Shown here in pieces: positions 1-10,179 of a stretch of DNA of 64,000 nucleotides. The DNA is from Candidatus Krumholzibacteriia bacterium. Its GTDB lineage: Bacteria; Krumholzibacteriota; Krumholzibacteriia; Krumholzibacteriales; Krumholzibacteriaceae. Both the position numbers and the translations under genes were made by a program. The notes beneath the pieces are model-generated. The model did not search any database. It saw nothing but the letters and a program-made list of their open reading frames with translations, and was not told where the DNA came from. Each line of letters starts with the position of its first letter. Position 1 is the first letter of the stretch. Where the stretch lies: contig CAWIIQ010000001.1 of the NCBI GenBank assembly GCA_963836185.1, positions 2,009,424 to 2,073,423 of the forward strand, given 5' to 3'.

Positions 1-1069
1 CGTCATAGAAATCTGCGATCTTGTCGAGCATCTCGTCGAGGGCACCTGTCTGCTCTCCTACGGAGATCATCTGGACCACCATGGGAGGGAAAACGCCGCA
101 GGACTTAAGCGGATCAGCTATCGTGTTACCCTCGCTGATACTCTGTCTCGTCTCCATGATCGCCTTCTCGAGGACCTTGTTTCCGGCCGTCCTGGCCGTG
201 ATCTCCAGTCCGTTGAGGATCGGCACACCACTGGCGATGAGGGTTCCGAGCGTACGGGTGAACCTCGCTACGGCTCCCTTACGGACGACGTTACCGAGGA
301 TCGGGAAGTTAAGAAGGATCTTGTCCATCCTGTAATGTCCGCCTTCAGTCGCGTAGTACCTCTTAAAGGCAACAACACTGCCTACCAGGAGCCCGGCGAG
401 CAGCCACCAGTTTGCTCGAAGGAAATCACTGAGCATCATCACGATCTTTGTCGGTAGCGGAAGGTCTCCACCGAAGTCGGTGAACATCTTCGCGAATGTT
501 GGAATGATGACCATCAGCATGAAGACCGTCGCGCCTGTGGCGACACAGAATACGATAGTCGGATAGGTCAGGGCGCCCTTTACCTTTCGCCTCAGCGCGT
601 CGGCCTTCTCGAGATAGACAGCCAGACGGTTGAGGATAAGATCGAGGATACCGCCGGCCTCGCCGGCATCGATCATGTTTACGAACAGTTCACCGAAACA
701 CTTATGCTTGCGCATCGCGTCGGCAAGTGTCGAGCCTGATTCGACGTCCGACATGACTTCCGTGACGATCGCCTTGAAGTTCGGCTTCTCGATCTGGCTC
801 GAAAGGATATCGAGACACTGGACCATCGGCAATCCCGCGTTGATCATCGTCGCGAACTGCCTCGTGAAGATCCCCATGTCCTTGACCGTGATCTTGTTGC
901 CGATCCCGAAGTTGATCTGGATATCCTTCGGCTTGTGGCGGATAGACGTGATTATGATCTTCCGCTTACGCAGGTGATTGATCAGCTCCTGCTTGTTTTC
1001 GCACTCATAGTCGCCGGAAAGGACTTCGCCCGTCGGCGTTCTTCCTTTCCAAAGGAATGTAGTCGCCAT
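1..1069 (-). CDS. pilC: Type IV pilus assembly / type II secretion platform protein PilC (GspF family), 3' partial at window edge
   Basis: Minus-strand translation from the ATG at 1069..1067 gives MATTFLWKGRTPTGEVLSGDYECE...LPMVQCLDILSSQIEKPNF...; this is the GspF/PilC polytopic platform protein. The ORF track shows only a spurious antisense ORF here. It lies immediately downstream of pilT and pilB. Confidence 0.75.
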   Translation of the reverse strand, partial: MATTFLWKGRTPTGEVLSGDYECENKQELINHLRKRKIIITSIRHKPKDIQINFGIGNKITVKDMGIFTRQFATMINAGLPMVQCLDILSSQIEKPNFKAIVTEVMSDVESGSTLADAMRKHKCFGELFVNMIDAGEAGGILDLILNRLAVYLEKADALRRKVKGALTYPTIVFCVATGATVFMLMVIIPTFAKMFTDFGGDLPLPTKIVMMLSDFLRANWWLLAGLLVGSVVAFKRYYATEGGHYRMDKILLNFPILGNVVRKGAVARFTRTLGTLIASGVPILNGLEITARTAGNKVLEKAIMETRQSISEGNTIADPLKSCGVFPPMVVQMISVGEQTGALDEMLDKIADFYD

Positions 1070-1087
1070 CGGTTTCCCCCTTAAAGA

Positions 1088-2197
1088 TTACTTCTTGAAC
1101 TGATAGTCGTGGGTACGATGATCCGTGCCGGAGTTCGGCCCTTCACCCATCATCTGCTGGAGCTCGACAGGATCGCTGCTCCTTCTGAGAGATTCTTCCT
1201 TCGTGATCTTCCTGTCGCAGAAGGCCTGGAACAAAGCCTGGTTCATCGTCTGCATCCCGAATTTATGTCCGGCCTGCATCAGGCCATATATCTGATGTAC
1301 TTTATCGTCCCGGATCGTCGCGCGTATCGCGGGCGTGCACACCATGACCTCGCAGACCATCGCCCTGCCCTTACCCGAGGCATGCGGAATGAGCTGCTGA
1401 GTCAATACGCCCTCGAGGACGAACGCGAGTTGGGCGCGGACCTGTCCCTGCTGGCTTGCGGGGAAGGTGTCGACTATCCTGTTTATAGATTCAAAGGTCG
1501 AGTTGGTATGCAGTGTCGCAAGAGCGAGATGGCCGGTCTCGGCGATAGTGAGTGCTGCCGCCATCGTCTCGTTGTCGCGCATCTCACCGATGAGGATGAC
1601 ATCGGGATCCTGCCTCAATACGTGCTTGAGAGCTGTGGCAAAGTTGTCAGTATCAGCCTTGACCTCGCGCTGATTCACGATGCAGTTCTTGTGCTGATGG
1701 ATATACTCGATCGGGTCCTCGATAGTGATAACATGGGCGTAGCGTTCCCTGTTGATTTTGTCGATCAGGCTGGCGAGAGTCGTCGATTTACCTGAGCCCG
1801 TCGGGCCTGTGACCAGGACGAGTCCCTTCTGTTTCTCAGCGAATGACTTCACGACGGGAGGAAGGCCGAGATCGTCGAATCCCAGGATCTCAAACGGGAT
1901 CTGCCGGATAGCGACGCTTGTTACGCCTCTCTGCTGGAATACATTCGCACGGAATCGCGACAGGCCCTGGACCCCGAACGAGAAATCGAGTTCCTTGTCA
2001 TTCTCGAATCTTTTCTGCTGTTCATCGGTAAGGACGCTGTATGCGATCTGCTTGCTGAACTCAGGAGTCACAACGGGATGCGAAGTCGCGTGCATCACAC
2101 CGTCTACTCTCAGCATCGGCGGGACTCCCGCCGTAATGTGAAGATCGCTCGCATTCTTGTCTATCATCTCCTGTAACAGGTCTCTGAGATTCAGCAT
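1088..2197 (-). CDS. pilT: Twitching motility ATPase PilT (type IV pilus retraction)
   Basis: 369 aa with a Walker A motif GPTGSGKSTT; the AIRQIPFEILGFDDLGLP and His-box regions are typical of PilT. The gene sits between pilB and pilC. Confidence 0.85.
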   Translation of the reverse strand: MLNLRDLLQEMIDKNASDLHITAGVPPMLRVDGVMHATSHPVVTPEFSKQIAYSVLTDEQQKRFENDKELDFSFGVQGLSRFRANVFQQRGVTSVAIRQIPFEILGFDDLGLPPVVKSFAEKQKGLVLVTGPTGSGKSTTLASLIDKINRERYAHVITIEDPIEYIHQHKNCIVNQREVKADTDNFATALKHVLRQDPDVILIGEMRDNETMAAALTIAETGHLALATLHTNSTFESINRIVDTFPASQQGQVRAQLAFVLEGVLTQQLIPHASGKGRAMVCEVMVCTPAIRATIRDDKVHQIYGLMQAGHKFGMQTMNQALFQAFCDRKITKEESLRRSSDPVELQQMMGEGPNSGTDHRTHDYQFKK

Positions 2198-2212
2198 ATC
2201 TTTCCTTCTTCC

Positions 2213-3919
2213 CTACTGATCTGTCGTCTCTCGGAGGACTTCTTCTACCGAGGTCCATCCGGCCTTGAGCTTCTCGATGCCGTCTGACCTGAGCGTAAGC
2301 ATGCCTTCCTTGACCGCCTGCTCCTTGATCTCCATTGACGAACATCTGTTGAGTATCATCTCTCTTATCTCGCTCGATATAGGCATGACCTCGTAAAGGC
2401 CGGTCCTGCCCTTATACCCGGTGTTGCTGCACTTCGGGCAGCCTACGGGTTCGAATACCTCGAATGGCGGTTCATCAGGCAAGCCGAGTTCGCGCATCAC
2501 CTCGGGATGAAGCATTTCTTTTTTCTTGCAGTTCTCACATAGCCGCCTTAGCAGCCTTTGAGCCTGGATCAAGTTCGTCGAGCTCGCTACGAGGAACGGC
2601 TCGACACCCATGTCGATCATTCGGTTGATCGTGCTGGCTGCATCATTCGTATGAAGAGTACTGAGCACAAGGTGACCTGTGAGCGCCGCCTTGACTGCGA
2701 TCGATCCTGTCTCGAGGTCACGGACCTCACCGACCATCACGATGTTCGGATCCTGGCGAAGGAACGCCTTCAGCGCGGACGCGAAGGTCAGCCCGATCTC
2801 CTCGTGCACGTTGACCTGGTTGATCCCTTCGAGGTTGTACTCGACCGGGTCCTCGGCGGTCATGATGTTGTGGTGCGGAAGGTTGATCTTGTGAAGAGCG
2901 GAATACAGAGTCGTCGTCTTTCCGCTACCGGTAGGACCGGTCACGAGCACCATTCCGTAAGGCGATTCGATCGCGTAGAGGAACTTCTCGAGAGCTTCGG
3001 GCTGAAACCCCAGCTTCGTGAGATCTATCTGGAGGTTGCTCTTGTCCAGGATTCGCATTACGATCTTCTCGCCGAAGATCGTGGGAAGTGTGCTTACACG
3101 AAGGTCGATCTTCTTGCTGCCAATCCTGATCTTTATACGGCCATCCTGCGGAACCCTTTTTTCGGCGATGTCCAGCTCGGCCATGATCTTCAGTCGTGAG
3201 GTTATCGCGCCTCTCATCTTTATCGGGGGCGACATCATCTCGTGCAGCTGTCCATCTATCCTGAAGCGCACCCTCATCGTTTTCTCGAATGCCTCGACAT
3301 GGATATCGCTGGCGCCCTTGTTCACCGCGTCCGATATGAGAGAGTTGACAAGCTTGACCACCGGGGCGTCCTCGTTCTGCGCCTCGGCGAGCCCCATGTC
3401 ATCATCCATCTCTTCGACTATCTCGAAGTCTTCATCCTCGATGTCACGCATCACTTCGGCCAGAGAGTCGGCCGAATCGTAAAAACGGTCGATCGCCCTC
3501 TTGATCGCCGTCTCAGTAGCGACTACCGGACGCACTTCAAGACCGGTGATGAACTTGATGTCATCGATAGCGAATATGTTGTCGGGATTGGCCATCGCCA
3601 GAGTCAGGACCCTGCCCTCCCTGGAAATGGGTACGACCTGGAACTTGGTCGCTACCTCTGACGGGATGAGCTCGACGGAATGTTCTTCCGCCTCGAGCTC
3701 GTCGAGGTCGACCGCGGGTACCTGGTACTGCTGCGAGAGGAACTCGGAGAAAGCTTTCTCCGAAATCGCTCCCGTCTTTACCAGGTTGTAGCCGAGGCTG
3801 CCGCCGGACTGCCCCTGCTCGGAAAGAGCAAGTTCGAGCTGGTCCTGGCTGATAAGACTCGACTCCATCAGCTGGTTGGCTATATTGTCACTCAAGGACT
3901 TCCTCCGCCCGGATTTCAA
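2213..3919 (-). CDS. pilB: Type IV pilus assembly ATPase PilB (GspE family)
   Basis: 568 aa with an N-terminal GspE_N domain, Walker A GPTGSGKTTT and a C-terminal Zn-finger CPKCSNTGYKGR. It is the first gene of the pilB-pilT-pilC cluster. Confidence 0.85.
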   Translation of the reverse strand: MKSGRRKSLSDNIANQLMESSLISQDQLELALSEQGQSGGSLGYNLVKTGAISEKAFSEFLSQQYQVPAVDLDELEAEEHSVELIPSEVATKFQVVPISREGRVLTLAMANPDNIFAIDDIKFITGLEVRPVVATETAIKRAIDRFYDSADSLAEVMRDIEDEDFEIVEEMDDDMGLAEAQNEDAPVVKLVNSLISDAVNKGASDIHVEAFEKTMRVRFRIDGQLHEMMSPPIKMRGAITSRLKIMAELDIAEKRVPQDGRIKIRIGSKKIDLRVSTLPTIFGEKIVMRILDKSNLQIDLTKLGFQPEALEKFLYAIESPYGMVLVTGPTGSGKTTTLYSALHKINLPHHNIMTAEDPVEYNLEGINQVNVHEEIGLTFASALKAFLRQDPNIVMVGEVRDLETGSIAVKAALTGHLVLSTLHTNDAASTINRMIDMGVEPFLVASSTNLIQAQRLLRRLCENCKKKEMLHPEVMRELGLPDEPPFEVFEPVGCPKCSNTGYKGRTGLYEVMPISSEIREMILNRCSSMEIKEQAVKEGMLTLRSDGIEKLKAGWTSVEEVLRETTDQ

Positions 3920-4346
3920 TCCTCACGAACCTGATGCAAATCCTCAACCACTCGATACAGTCGTGAGCGTTATTCTGCCCTAATAATTACTTCAGCCCTC
4001 AATTTCACATCTTTGACCGCAATAAGTATGCCACAGGCAGGCAGGCAGGATAACAGGATGAGAGACAACAGTTTTCAGGATGAAATCGAAGTGCGGGTCA
4101 TGCTTGAAAGGATCGATCGCGGAAAATTCGATTCCCCTGAAAAGACCTGTCTACAGCGGCTTACCGAAGAATTCGCCGACCGGGCCCGAATACGCCGCGG
4201 AGGCGCCGGCCTGGTGCAGCATGCAAGGGGATTCGCACAATGCATGGTAGTATTTACAGGAACGAGGCGCTGTACAGTGTCCAGAATCGTTTACCTCGTG
4301 TCGGATTTTCTGCCATCAGAAGAGGTTGCGGAGACGGCCGGATGCG

Positions 4347-6212
4347 TCAGTCGAAAAGACGCCAGTTTATTCCGAAGCGGTAGTGCGAGCCGGGCATATA
4401 CATCCCCGGCACAGTCTCGTACTGTTCATCGAGGATATTCTTCATCTCGAATCTCACCACTGCTCCAATCACGGTGAGCGAAACGGACAGATCGAGAAGC
4501 GTATAAGGGGCGAGCTCGACTCCGGAAAAGAGCCGGCTCCCTGTCTCGGAAGCGTAGATCCCGACAGTAAACAGCTCCGTCTTTTTAAACGACGGCCTGC
4601 TCAGCCATAGTCCGGCCCTCGCATAATACTCGGGGACGCCGGGCGTGATCTCTGCCCTGTCGGCGAACCAGTAGCCCCTGAGCTGCCAGTGGTAACTGAA
4701 AGAAGCGATACCTGTCGATCCCCCGCCCTTCAGCGAGGCTCGCAGCCCGATCACATCGTCGCTTCCTTCGGAAATATAAACAGCCGGATCTGAACCTTCG
4801 AGGATTATCCTGTTTCGCTCGAGCCTCGCGAAGATATCGGTCGTAAACGATGTCCCGTAGCCCAGCCCGAGAGAGATCTCGTCTGAGGTCTCATGCCCCA
4901 GGCCGGTGTTACCGGCGGTGCTGAACTGATCGCCTCCGGGAAGGTACTCGAGTTCAGGCTGGTAGAGCTCTTCGACGGTCGGTGTCCTGACACGCCTGGC
5001 CACGATAAGGGTCTGGTACAATCCCTTCTCATCTCCATGTGAGAGAGCCGCTTCACCGCCGGCGAAGAAACCCGATCCGGTCATCGTACCCGCTGAGACC
5101 CCGCCTCTCCAGCGCAGTGCTCCGGCATCGCCGCCCAGCGTCAGGCCTGCCTCGGCCCGGTCGACATCCGGTGAGAAAGGAGTGTTGATGAGCAGGTTCT
5201 CGAACGCCGCCCGCTCAGCCGAGACGAATCCTTTCGCGGCGATCGAGCCGGCAAGGCCATGCCACGTGACAGCTCCCCCGAAGACCAGCCCGGAGGTCAT
5301 GCCCGTCCTTCTCCGCATCTCGACAAACCGCTGTCTCAGGGAGACCTCGGCGCCGCCCCTGACGTACCTGATCTCCGAATCGAGGCCATCGTACCTGACA
5401 CTCTCCGGGGGCTGGGCCGGGTCGCGATAATATGGCCAGGCCCGCGTGCCGTTGTAGGTATCCTCAAACGTCCTCAACCGGACCAGCACCCTGTCGCCCG
5501 CTTTCCCCCTCAAGGTCAAGTCGAGCATTACTGATCTCGAGTTATATTCGCCAACCAGCGCTGTCTCGTCATCGACCACGGTTTCGAAAAAATCCTGCAT
5601 ATATTCATCATATGTGATCGTACCGTTTATAAAGGCGTCGGGTGACGAGAACCAGGCCTTGCGGGATTTCCGTCCGTTCGCTCCCCAGGTGAAATCACCA
5701 GCTGCGAAGGGAGGCTCCCTGCCCCCTTCCTCAAGGACGACATTTATCACTCCACCCGAGGCGGCCCGGCCTGTGAGCGATGGCGAGCTGCTGTAGATCA
5801 CCTCTACCCGGCGTACCCTCGACAGGGTCAGAAACCTAGCCAGTGGGTCCTCGTTGTAGGGATCGTTGTACGGTACGCCGTTGACGAGCAGATTCATCCC
5901 CTTGACCGTCCTGCCATCGATCGTGTACAGGGTCCTCGAGCCGGGCGGTCCATCCTGCAGGACGTTTACGCCGGGGAGATGCTCGATTATATCCTCGATC
6001 GTGTTTATGTCGAACCTGGCCAGATCTTCGGCAGTCATTACGAAGACCTCGCCGGGCAGCGCGAGCGTATCACCGGCGGCGGAAAGGTACGCCCCCCCAT
6101 ACCTCGACGCTTCGCTGCCTGATCCGGTCGCGGGAAAAGTAGCGGCCGCGGTGAGCAATAATAAGAATGACCCTGCGATGCGGGGCCGGACAAGATCCTT
6201 CAGACGTGTCAT
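4347..6212 (-). CDS. TonB-dependent outer-membrane receptor
   Basis: There is a signal peptide, a plug-domain motif (...IDGRTVKGMNLLVNGVPYNDP...) and a long beta-barrel ending in a C-terminal aromatic residue (...GINWRLFD). The start was trimmed to the internal Met (MTRLKDL...) relative to ORF 4347..6248. Confidence 0.7.
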   Translation of the reverse strand: MTRLKDLVRPRIAGSFLLLLTAAATFPATGSGSEASRYGGAYLSAAGDTLALPGEVFVMTAEDLARFDINTIEDIIEHLPGVNVLQDGPPGSRTLYTIDGRTVKGMNLLVNGVPYNDPYNEDPLARFLTLSRVRRVEVIYSSSPSLTGRAASGGVINVVLEEGGREPPFAAGDFTWGANGRKSRKAWFSSPDAFINGTITYDEYMQDFFETVVDDETALVGEYNSRSVMLDLTLRGKAGDRVLVRLRTFEDTYNGTRAWPYYRDPAQPPESVRYDGLDSEIRYVRGGAEVSLRQRFVEMRRRTGMTSGLVFGGAVTWHGLAGSIAAKGFVSAERAAFENLLINTPFSPDVDRAEAGLTLGGDAGALRWRGGVSAGTMTGSGFFAGGEAALSHGDEKGLYQTLIVARRVRTPTVEELYQPELEYLPGGDQFSTAGNTGLGHETSDEISLGLGYGTSFTTDIFARLERNRIILEGSDPAVYISEGSDDVIGLRASLKGGGSTGIASFSYHWQLRGYWFADRAEITPGVPEYYARAGLWLSRPSFKKTELFTVGIYASETGSRLFSGVELAPYTLLDLSVSLTVIGAVVRFEMKNILDEQYETVPGMYMPGSHYRFGINWRLFD

Positions 6213-6244
6213 ATATTGATATTGTGGGGCAGCATGCCCGCCGG

Positions 6245-7084
6245 TCAAGCCGAAAGTCCGGATGCAAGCCTGCGAAGTTCCCTTACTGAGTCGTACGGCA
6301 CCGGAATCTCGCCGATAGCGGCCTTTTTTGCCTCTTCAAAATGATAGTCCGATCCGCCGGTGCAGACCAGCCCGTGTCTGCCGGCCTCGCTGAGCGCGCG
6401 TCTCGTAATATCCTCAGAGTGATTGGGGTGCCAGGCTTCGATCCCGGTCACTCCGCTGCTGAAGATCCGGTCGCACAGCCGCCGCTTTCTTATGTTCGCG
6501 CCTGGGTGGGCCCACACGGCGACGCCGCCCGATCCCTTCACTATCGAAACGACATCTTCAAGGGGGAGTACCTTCTTGGGGACGTAGCATGAAGCTCCAT
6601 AACCGAGAAACCTGTCGAAAGCCTCCTGAAACTCGATCACGACACCTTTATTCAGCAGCACCTTCGCGACATGCGGCCTTCCGACCGTACCGGGCCCCGC
6701 TTCAGCCAGGATATCATCCAGTGTCACTGACACCCCGAGTTCCTGAAGCTTGACGGCGATCTTCGCCGCCCTCTCCGCCCTGCCCCTCTCGAGGTCCTCG
6801 AGGACGGCGGCCAGTCTCATATCGGAAAGACCGACGCAGTATCCGAGGATATGTATGTCTAGTTCCTCTTCCTTTACGCTGAACTCGATTCCGGTGACGA
6901 TTTCAACCCCCAGCGCCCTGCCCGCCTCGATCGCTTCTTCCTGCCCGGCGGCCGTATCGTGATCGGATATCGACACCGCTGAAAGTCCCGCATCGGCAGC
7001 AGCGCGCACGATAGACGCAGGGGACATCGCCCCGTCTGAATAGTACGAATGTATGTGAAGGTCGCAGGAAGAAATGGAGTTCAT
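6245..7084 (-). CDS. PHP-domain phosphoesterase (TrpH/YciV-like)
   Basis: The N-terminal HIHSYYSDG motif and multiple His/Asp metal ligands (SDHD, AHPG, GSDYH) are typical of the PHP family. Confidence 0.7.
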   Translation of the reverse strand: MNSISSCDLHIHSYYSDGAMSPASIVRAAADAGLSAVSISDHDTAAGQEEAIEAGRALGVEIVTGIEFSVKEEELDIHILGYCVGLSDMRLAAVLEDLERGRAERAAKIAVKLQELGVSVTLDDILAEAGPGTVGRPHVAKVLLNKGVVIEFQEAFDRFLGYGASCYVPKKVLPLEDVVSIVKGSGGVAVWAHPGANIRKRRLCDRIFSSGVTGIEAWHPNHSEDITRRALSEAGRHGLVCTGGSDYHFEEAKKAAIGEIPVPYDSVRELRRLASGLSA

Positions 7085-7093
7085 CCGGTTCTT

Positions 7094-8761
7094 TCAGCTT
7101 ACGGTGCTGTACTTCTTCATCTTTTCCGAGATCTCGCGGAAGGTCACGTCGACTATATAGACTTCCTCGAAATGCTCCCTCGCCTTGTCGGATTCTTCGA
7201 GCGCCTCGTACGCGAGACCGAGATTATAATGGATACCGAGGTTGTCCCCGCCCGTATTCATAGCGATCTCCAGCCCTCGGTTGAGCTGCTTGACCGCAAG
7301 CCGCGGATTGTCGAGAAGCAGGAAGCAGTGACCTATCATCTCGAGGCTTCTGAGCTGAAGCTGTTCGGACCTCGACGATATCTGCAGTTCCTTGATCGAC
7401 TCGTTGTAGAGGGCCATCTCGATGTAAGCCATGCCGAGATCGTAGTGACTCCTGAAATCATTCTCCTCCACATCGCTCGTGATCTCGCTCGTGATCTCCT
7501 CGGCGAGTTTCTCCGTATCGACCGTATCTGACTCAATGGCGGCGTCCTCGGCTTCGAGGATGTCGGAAAGATCGTCGTCGATTTCAGTGACGCCCGCGTC
7601 AGGTTCCTCTTCCGTATCGTCAGCGGGGACCTCATCGATGATATACTCCTCGGCCGCCTTCGGAACAGGAGCGGTTTCCACGACAGGCTCAGCCACAGGC
7701 TCGACCGGTATCTCGTACTCGTTCACGGGAGTCTCAACAACGGGCTCCGCCGGTATCTCATACTCGTTCACGGGAGCCTCAGCAGCGGGCTCTGCCGGTA
7801 TCTCATACTCGTTCACGGGAGCCTCAGCGGCGGGCTCCGCCGGTATCTCATACTCGTTCACGGGAGCCTCAGCGGCGGGCTCTGCCGGTATCTCATACTC
7901 GTTCACGGGAGCCTCAGCGGCGGGCTCGGTCCGGGATTCCTGCACGGGGGTCCCAGCGGCGGCCGGCACTTCCTCGACGACAGGTTCCTGCGCCGGGGCC
8001 TCCGCTTCAGCCGGATTGCTCCCCGCGGCCTCAGCGGCAGCGGAAGTATCGATCTCCTCCACGGTAAGATCAGGCTCTTCGTCGATATCTTCGTCATCTG
8101 CCAGCTCGATACACTCGCTGAGGATCTCCTCGATCCTTCCCTGTTCCTCGGCTGACAGCGCTCCCCGGAGAAGATCGAGCCTGCTCCGGTAGAAATCTGT
8201 CTTGTCACCGTCACCCTTACCGACGCTCCGGACGATAAGTTTCGCGAATATCTCTGCCGCCGCGATCTTCAGCCCGATCTGGGTAAGGACCTCGCCGGCC
8301 CTTGAGTGAAGCTCGTCATCTTCCGGCACGAGCTCCAGTGCCAGCTCCACCTTCGGGAGGACCATCTCCGGCCGCGCTCCGCCCTCGTCGACGGTTACCA
8401 TGTCGAAATACTGGATGAAGAGCCCGCAGGCCTCGCCGGTGAATTTCTGCTTTGCCTTGAGCTCTCCGAGCTTAAATATCGATTCGAGCCTGTTGGGGAC
8501 GACTCTGAGTATCTTCTTGCACACCGCTACGGCGTTGTTGTACAGGGCGACCTTTTCGTAATTGTCAACGGCCTTCTCGAAGGACGAGACGGCCTGCATC
8601 TTGTCATCAGCCTTCAGGTATATGTCGCCGAGCTCGTTGTAGAGGTTCGGATTGCGGGATTCGACCTGGAGGAGCTTCTTGTAAGCTTCGATCGCTTCAC
8701 TTACCTTGCCCTTCTTCAGGAAACCCTGAGCCTTCTGTCTGTACTGACTGGCCTTGCTCAC
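7094..8761 (-). CDS. TPR-repeat protein with a central acidic tandem-repeat region
   Basis: TPR-like helical repeats occur at both ends. The centre holds about 5 copies of a 16-aa unit (EAPVNEYEIPAEPAAE) encoded by a 48-bp tandem DNA repeat. Its start overlaps the hutI stop by 4 nt. Confidence 0.6.
   Translation of the reverse strand: MSKASQYRQKAQGFLKKGKVSEAIEAYKKLLQVESRNPNLYNELGDIYLKADDKMQAVSSFEKAVDNYEKVALYNNAVAVCKKILRVVPNRLESIFKLGELKAKQKFTGEACGLFIQYFDMVTVDEGGARPEMVLPKVELALELVPEDDELHSRAGEVLTQIGLKIAAAEIFAKLIVRSVGKGDGDKTDFYRSRLDLLRGALSAEEQGRIEEILSECIELADDEDIDEEPDLTVEEIDTSAAAEAAGSNPAEAEAPAQEPVVEEVPAAAGTPVQESRTEPAAEAPVNEYEIPAEPAAEAPVNEYEIPAEPAAEAPVNEYEIPAEPAAEAPVNEYEIPAEPVVETPVNEYEIPVEPVAEPVVETAPVPKAAEEYIIDEVPADDTEEEPDAGVTEIDDDLSDILEAEDAAIESDTVDTEKLAEEITSEITSDVEENDFRSHYDLGMAYIEMALYNESIKELQISSRSEQLQLRSLEMIGHCFLLLDNPRLAVKQLNRGLEIAMNTGGDNLGIHYNLGLAYEALEESDKAREHFEEVYIVDVTFREISEKMKKYSTVS
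7705..7930. repeat. 48-bp tandem repeat (~4.7 copies) inside the TPR gene
   Basis: The unit ccggtatctcatactcgttcacgggagcctcagcggcgggctc repeats head-to-tail in the plus-strand sequence; it is an in-frame multiple of 3. Confidence 0.85.
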
Positions 8762-10095
8762 AGCCCCACCTCGCTTCTCTCCCGGTACCCCTGGAGCTCC
8801 CAGGCCACTTCGCCATCCTTGAATACGACTGCGGCGTGGTTTTCACCCGCACGGGACGGTATCTCGCGATAGTCCTCCACATCGTAGATCACAAAATCAG
8901 CCTTCTTGCCCTTTTCCAGAGATCCCACTTCATCCGCCATACCGACTGCGCACGCGGCGTTGTATGTCGCGGCGACTATCGCCTCTGCCGGTACCATCCC
9001 CATCTGGGAACAGGCTATCGAAACGGCGAGCGGCATCGAATGCGAAGGCGCGCTCCCCGGGTTGAAATCAGTTGAAAGGGCGACCGCCACATCGGAATCG
9101 ATCATCTCCCTGGCGGGAGCGTAATGCCTCGAAGCAAGTCCGAAAGAGGTCGCCGGCAGGAGAACCGCTATCGTCGGACTTCCTGAGAGAGCGGCTATCC
9201 CGTCCGCGGTCACCTTTGTGAGATGCTCGACCGAGACGGCTCCCATCTCGACGGCGAGCTCTGTCCCGCCCAGCGCGTATATCTCGTCGGAATGCACTTT
9301 CAGGCCGAAGCCGTGCTTTTTTCCCGCCTCGAGTATCCGCCTCGTCTCTTCCACGTCGAAGACGCCTTTCTCACAGAACACGTCGATGTACCTGGCAAGC
9401 CCCGCTTCGGCTACCGCCGGCATCATCTCGTCTATCAGCTTGTCGATGTACGTGTCATCTTCCTTACCGCCGGGCGGCTTGTGATGAGCGCCCATGAAAG
9501 TCGCCACCACGTCAAGAGGAGTTCCCGCGCCGAGACGCGCGATCACCCGGAGCTGTTTCATCTCGCTCTCTAGATCGAGCCCGTATCCGCTCTTGATCTC
9601 GATCGTCGTGACGCCCTGCTCGAGCATCTTGAGGACCCGTCGCCTGCTCTTCTCGAACAGCCTGTCCTCGCCGGTCTCCCGTACTTCCCTGACGGAGCGC
9701 TTGATCCCGCCTCCGCGTTTGTCGATATCGAGGTAACTGTCTCCCCTGATCCTCGCCTCGTACTCGTCGGCCCTGTATCCGGCGAAGACGGCGTGCGTGT
9801 GAGGGTCGACCCAGCCGGGCATCACTACCCGGCCATCGGCGTATATCGTCGAAATTATCTCTGAGCCCCTGACAGCGGTCTTTACCTCGTCCTCCGTGCC
9901 CACCGCGACGATCCGACCGGCTGAGACGGCTATAGCGCCGCCTTTTACCAGGCCGGGATCTGCAAGATTTCTTCCCCTTCGTGGTCCCTTTTCGCCGCTT
10001 CGACAGGTTATCAGCTGTCCGGCGCCGAGGAGCACCAAATCGACAGAGTCAGGCAAGCGCCACTCCTTGCATAATCGAACCACAGTCCCGCCCAT
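8758..10095 (-). CDS. hutI: Imidazolonepropionase (histidine utilisation)
   Basis: Amidohydrolase fold with HTHAV...KVHSDE...DFNPGS metal-ligand motifs characteristic of HutI; it is adjacent to hutU. Confidence 0.8.
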   Translation of the reverse strand: MGGTVVRLCKEWRLPDSVDLVLLGAGQLITCRSGEKGPRRGRNLADPGLVKGGAIAVSAGRIVAVGTEDEVKTAVRGSEIISTIYADGRVVMPGWVDPHTHAVFAGYRADEYEARIRGDSYLDIDKRGGGIKRSVREVRETGEDRLFEKSRRRVLKMLEQGVTTIEIKSGYGLDLESEMKQLRVIARLGAGTPLDVVATFMGAHHKPPGGKEDDTYIDKLIDEMMPAVAEAGLARYIDVFCEKGVFDVEETRRILEAGKKHGFGLKVHSDEIYALGGTELAVEMGAVSVEHLTKVTADGIAALSGSPTIAVLLPATSFGLASRHYAPAREMIDSDVAVALSTDFNPGSAPSHSMPLAVSIACSQMGMVPAEAIVAATYNAACAVGMADEVGSLEKGKKADFVIYDVEDYREIPSRAGENHAAVVFKDGEVAWELQGYRERSEVGL

Positions 10096-10179
10096 ACGCG
10101 GGCAAAATGCATAAATCGTGTGTTGCGAAAGTGGTACCCGGTTTTGAACCGTTCCTGCCCGGCCGATGCGGAAGGGTAA

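Noticed and set aside
21-977. ORF-track plus-strand ORFs 21..335 and 630..977
   Set aside because: They are antisense to the clearly coding pilC gene and show low-complexity Pro/Ser/Arg composition.
4013-4477. 154-aa plus-strand ORF in the pilB / TonB-receptor intergenic region
   Set aside because: There is no recognisable domain, and its 3' third overlaps the TonB-dependent receptor gene on the other strand. It is more likely promoter DNA for pilB. A small real protein in its first ~100 codons cannot be excluded.
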